Under the pieces are notes generated by a model. It ran no database searches. It was not told where the DNA came from and was given only the letters and a program-made list of their open reading frames with translations. This document shows positions 6,709 to 8,527 of a stretch of 8,527 nt of DNA, one piece after another. Source of the DNA: an uncultured Candidatus Bathyarchaeia archaeon (GTDB lineage Archaea > Thermoproteota > Bathyarchaeia > EX4484-135); contig CAZWYW010000048.1 of assembly GCA_964638535.1 (NCBI GenBank), forward strand, positions 1 through 8,527, written 5' to 3'. Made by a program: the position numbers and the translations under genes. Within the stretch, counting starts at the first letter, position 1; every line of letters begins with the position of its first letter.

Positions 6709-6730
6709 TATCTTGTTGCGCGATTTTCTC
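6709..6730 (+). terminator. pyrimidine/T-rich tract downstream of 5S (possible archaeal terminator)
   Basis: TATCTTGTTGCGCGATTTTCTC contains TCTTGTT and a T4 run (6724-6727) just 3' of helix I. Confidence 0.35.
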
Positions 6731-6834
6731 AAACAGCTCATTTGGTAGGCTGGGCCTCAGGATGCGCGGCTTTCACCACCAATCGGCCAGCCCTTTATCC
6801 TCATCGGCCCCTCATGCCTCTAATACGCCATTCC

Positions 6835-6841
6835 TATTAAG
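6835..6841 (+). promoter_or_regulatory. TATA-like box (TATTAAG) upstream of the Nudix gene
   Basis: The predicted TSS is near 6864, about 15 nt before TTG 6879. The reverse complement (CTTAATA) is equally TATA-like and is correctly spaced for a minus-strand transcript starting near 6811 (see findings). Confidence 0.4.
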
Positions 6842-6878
6842 GGCTCGGGGAGCCAGGTAACCAGCCGGGTAATGCGGC

Positions 6879-7331
6879 TTGAGGCGGGAATACCCTGAGG
6901 CCCCCTTAGTAGCCGTGGCCGCCGCCGTCTTAGACGATGACCGCCTCTTACTGGTCAGGCGGGCTGGCGAGCCAGGGCGGGGGAAGTGGAGTATTCCCGG
7001 CGGTGTGGTGAGGTTAGGCGAGAGGCTGAGGGAAGCAGTTGTCCGCGAGGTCTTAGAGGAAACGGGCCTTCTCGTGGAGGTCTTAGACCTGTTGGACGTA
7101 GTAGAGGTCATAAAGCGCGATGAGGAAGGGCGCGTGAAGTTCCATTACGTCATAGTGGATTACGTAGCCAGGCCCCTATCTGGCCAGCTCAGGGCTGCTA
7201 GCGATGCTCTCGAGGCCCGCTGGGTTAAACTAGACAAGGCGTTATCGCTCGATATAACTAATGCGCTCCGGCGCTTGCTCGAGAAGCACGCCGATAGGCT
7301 GAGGGCGTTAGCGGAACTCAGCAAGCGATGA
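6879..7331 (+). CDS. Nudix hydrolase
   Basis: 150 aa with a complete Nudix box, GGVVRLGERLREAVVREVLEETGL (Gx5Ex7REUxEExGU). The start read from DNA is TTG 6879. In-frame GTG 6915 is an alternative. Confidence 0.88.
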   Translation: MRREYPEAPLVAVAAAVLDDDRLLLVRRAGEPGRGKWSIPGGVVRLGERLREAVVREVLEETGLLVEVLDLLDVVEVIKRDEEGRVKFHYVIVDYVARPLSGQLRAASDALEARWVKLDKALSLDITNALRRLLEKHADRLRALAELSKR

Positions 7332-7374
7332 AATGGGAGATTGCCACGGTCCTGGCGGCGTTGGCTGGCCGCGC

Positions 7375-7728
7375 TTATTCCACGCGCTTGAACCTGATGG
7401 TCCCGTTTGAGAAGACGACCTCGTAGAGCTGGTTCACGTTAAACTCCAGGCCCAGCTCCTCGCACTCGGCCTCGGTCAGGAAGAGTATTATCTTGGGCGC
7501 CCGCAAGCGCTTCCCCACCCTGAATATGGGTAGCTGGGCCTGCATGGCTTGGAACATGGTCTGGGCCAGCTCGTGGGCCAGCTTGACCTCCTCTGACTGG
7601 ACCCTGGCTGGTGTTATCGGGGCCGCGGCGGGCTTCTCCTCCACCAGCTCTATACGCCTGCCGAGCTCACCCTCAAGCGTCTCGAAGGACTCGACCCTCG
7701 CGACCCTCAGCAGCACCAAGCCAGCCAC
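7375..7728 (-). CDS. hypothetical protein, 117 aa
   Basis: The ORF has good GC3 bias and a GTG start at 7728, about 26 nt downstream of the TTAATTA element. The N-terminal half is an acidic coiled region with an Ala/Pro linker. The C-terminal half looks like a compact domain (KIILFLTEAECEELGLEFNVNQLYEVVFSNGTIRFKRVE). I recognise no family. Confidence 0.55.
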   Translation of the reverse strand: MAGLVLLRVARVESFETLEGELGRRIELVEEKPAAAPITPARVQSEEVKLAHELAQTMFQAMQAQLPIFRVGKRLRAPKIILFLTEAECEELGLEFNVNQLYEVVFSNGTIRFKRVE

Positions 7729-7750
7729 CAGCTCAAAGGCACCCCTGGCC

Positions 7751-7758
7751 TAATTAAG
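7751..7758. promoter_or_regulatory. near-palindromic TATA element TAATTAAG in a divergent intergenic region
   Basis: It could serve the minus-strand gene (GTG 7728, leaderless spacing). It could also serve the plus-strand gene (GTG 7796, about a 15-nt leader). A second A/T block, TATTTAGATAATTT, lies at 7778-7791. Confidence 0.4.
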
Positions 7759-7795
7759 CCACAGCCCGGGACCACAGTATTTAGATAATTTCTTC

Positions 7796-8161
7796 GTGAG
7801 GGACGCGCTGGAGAAGGGCGTCATAATCTACCAGGAGCCGGGCGTGTGCCTCAACGAGATTATTAAGGCACGCGGCCTTAGGGCCCCCGCCATGCATGTC
7901 AGGCCAAGCGAGCGCGAGGGCGGCGGGGCGGAGAAGGCATGGCTAGACGTGGTCGTCTTCAGATGCCCGTCCTGTGGCCATCTCTACGCTGAGGCAGCCT
8001 GGTACGCGGTTGAGCTAGGGGCCAGCATAGAGTGCGGCGTGTGCGGGGCCGAGTTCGATCCTAGGGAAACACTTATAGATAGGGTGATGCTGGAGTTCAA
8101 AGTCGAGGGCGGCTGCGTGGCGAGCGTTAGGATAGCTGATGAGGGGCGCTTTGACGCCTGA
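7796..8161 (+). CDS. hypothetical zinc-ribbon protein (CPSC...CGVC)
   Basis: 121 aa with a GTG start. It has two CxxC pairs 21 residues apart (FRCPSCGH ... IECGVCGAEF), forming a C4 zinc ribbon. The N-terminal 32 codons keep strong GC3 bias, so I retain the long form. Confidence 0.6.
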   Translation: MRDALEKGVIIYQEPGVCLNEIIKARGLRAPAMHVRPSEREGGGAEKAWLDVVVFRCPSCGHLYAEAAWYAVELGASIECGVCGAEFDPRETLIDRVMLEFKVEGGCVASVRIADEGRFDA

Positions 8162-8174
8162 AGGCCGCGGATGA

Positions 8175-8208
8175 CTTCGGCAAAAGCTTATAAGGTCTTC
8201 GGCAGAAG
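8175..8208 (+). repeat. 12-nt direct repeat CTTCGGCA(A/G)AAG x2 flanking the TATA box of the HMG-CoA synthase gene
   Basis: Copies lie at 8175-8186 and 8197-8208 and are 11/12 identical. Start-to-start spacing is 22 bp (two helical turns), with CTTATAAG between them. Confidence 0.6.
8187..8194 (+). promoter_or_regulatory. TATA box (CTTATAAG) with purine-rich BRE-like GCAAAAG upstream; promoter of the HMG-CoA synthase gene
   Basis: The predicted TSS is near 8216. A GGTG Shine-Dalgarno-like core at 8226-8229 lies 9 nt before TTG 8239. Confidence 0.5.
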
Positions 8209-8238
8209 ACGACCCCACTACGCTAGGTGGGGTGGTGC

Positions 8239-8527
8239 TTGAAACCGATTAGGCCCGTAGGCATAGTGGGCTATGGAGGTTACGTGCCCATTTACAGGAT
8301 TAAGGCCTCTGAGATAGGCCGTATGTGGGGTAACGAGGGCTGCGGGCTGCCGATCGTGGAGAAAGCCGTGGCCGGCCCTGACGAGGACATGACCACTATA
8401 GCTTACGAGGCGGCCCGTTACGCCCTCATGAGGGCGCGTATAGACCCACACGAGATAGGGGCCATCTTCATCGGCAGCGAGTCTAAGCCCTACGCTGTCA
8501 AGCCCTCGGGTACCATAGTAGCCGAGG
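8239..8527 (+). CDS. archaeal hydroxymethylglutaryl-CoA synthase, 5' part (runs off the window)
   Basis: This ORF is absent from the ORF track because it is open-ended. The frame starting at 8239 reads (M)[33 protein letters not shown]...[56 protein letters not shown]. This is the characteristic N-terminus of archaeal HMGCS, including GSES and PYAVKP. An in-frame TAG lies at 8224-8226. The start is TTG 8239 (preferred) or GTG 8227. Confidence 0.9.
   Translation, partial: MKPIRPVGIVGYGGYVPIYRIKASEIGRMWGNEGCGLPIVEKAVAGPDEDMTTIAYEAARYALMRARIDPHEIGAIFIGSESKPYAVKPSGTIVAE

Noticed and set aside
6812-7753. ORFs 6812-7111(-) and 7493-7753(+)
   Set aside because: They lie antisense to the Nudix gene and to the 117-aa gene respectively. 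Their Ser/Thr/Arg-rich translations have no motifs.
7857-7894. ATTATTAAG followed about 26 nt later by in-frame ATG 7892, suggesting a shorter leaderless 89-aa zinc-ribbon protein
   Set aside because: The 32 codons upstream of 7892 keep strong third-position GC bias and read like real protein (RDALEKGVIIYQEPGVCLNEIIKARGL). I therefore keep GTG 7796. This remains a start-site ambiguity rather than a separate feature.
8137-8190. Box C/D-like string: UGAUGA (8137-8142), CUGA (8158-8161), GGAUGA (8169-8174), 12 nt, CUUA (8187-8190)
   Set aside because: The C-to-D' spacer is 15 nt rather than about 12. The terminal box D lacks the essential GA (CUUA, which is actually the TATA box). The first half lies inside the zinc-ribbon CDS, and the CUGA contains its stop codon.
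8015-8451. Minus-strand ORFs 8015-8218 and 8218-8451
   Set aside because: They lie antisense to the zinc-ribbon gene and to the clearly recognisable HMG-CoA synthase reading frame.
1-8527. Search by eye for CRISPR repeats, IS/transposase or integrase genes, long direct or inverted repeats, and defence or toxin-antitoxin modules
   Set aside because: None was found. Every long ORF is accounted for by housekeeping or small hypothetical genes. The tRNA shows no adjacent integrase or duplicated 3' half that would indicate an integrated element.

Overview
A visibly GC-rich, gene-dense segment that reads as core housekeeping DNA of a hyperthermophilic, crenarchaeote-like archaeon. Supporting signs are an intron-containing tRNA with a bulge-helix-bulge splice motif, a stand-alone 5S rRNA gene, A/T-rich TATA boxes about 26 nt upstream of transcript or ORF starts, and many GTG/TTG starts. 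Left to right: tRNA-Trp(CCA) with a 60-nt intron (-); a likely gluconeogenic operon on the minus strand (fbp, tpiA, DUF89 phosphatase); a divergent radical SAM enzyme with a B12-binding-like N-terminus and a TRAM C-terminus (+); a V4R-domain protein and a sequon-rich surface-anchored protein (-); a small polytopic membrane protein (+); 5S rRNA with its own promoter (+); a Nudix hydrolase (+); a divergent pair of small unknown proteins, one a zinc ribbon; and the 5' part of archaeal HMG-CoA synthase, which runs off the window. I see no CRISPR array, transposase, integrase, defence genes or large repeats. The best leads are modest. They are an unusual seven-cysteine split radical SAM motif, a tRNA-Trp intron with an alternative anticodon-pairing helix and box C-like remnant, a weak C/D-like sRNA candidate in an unassigned spacer, a 12-nt direct repeat bracketing the HMG-CoA synthase TATA box, and the fbp-tpiA-DUF89 linkage. 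All product calls rest on motif recognition by eye, not database searches.
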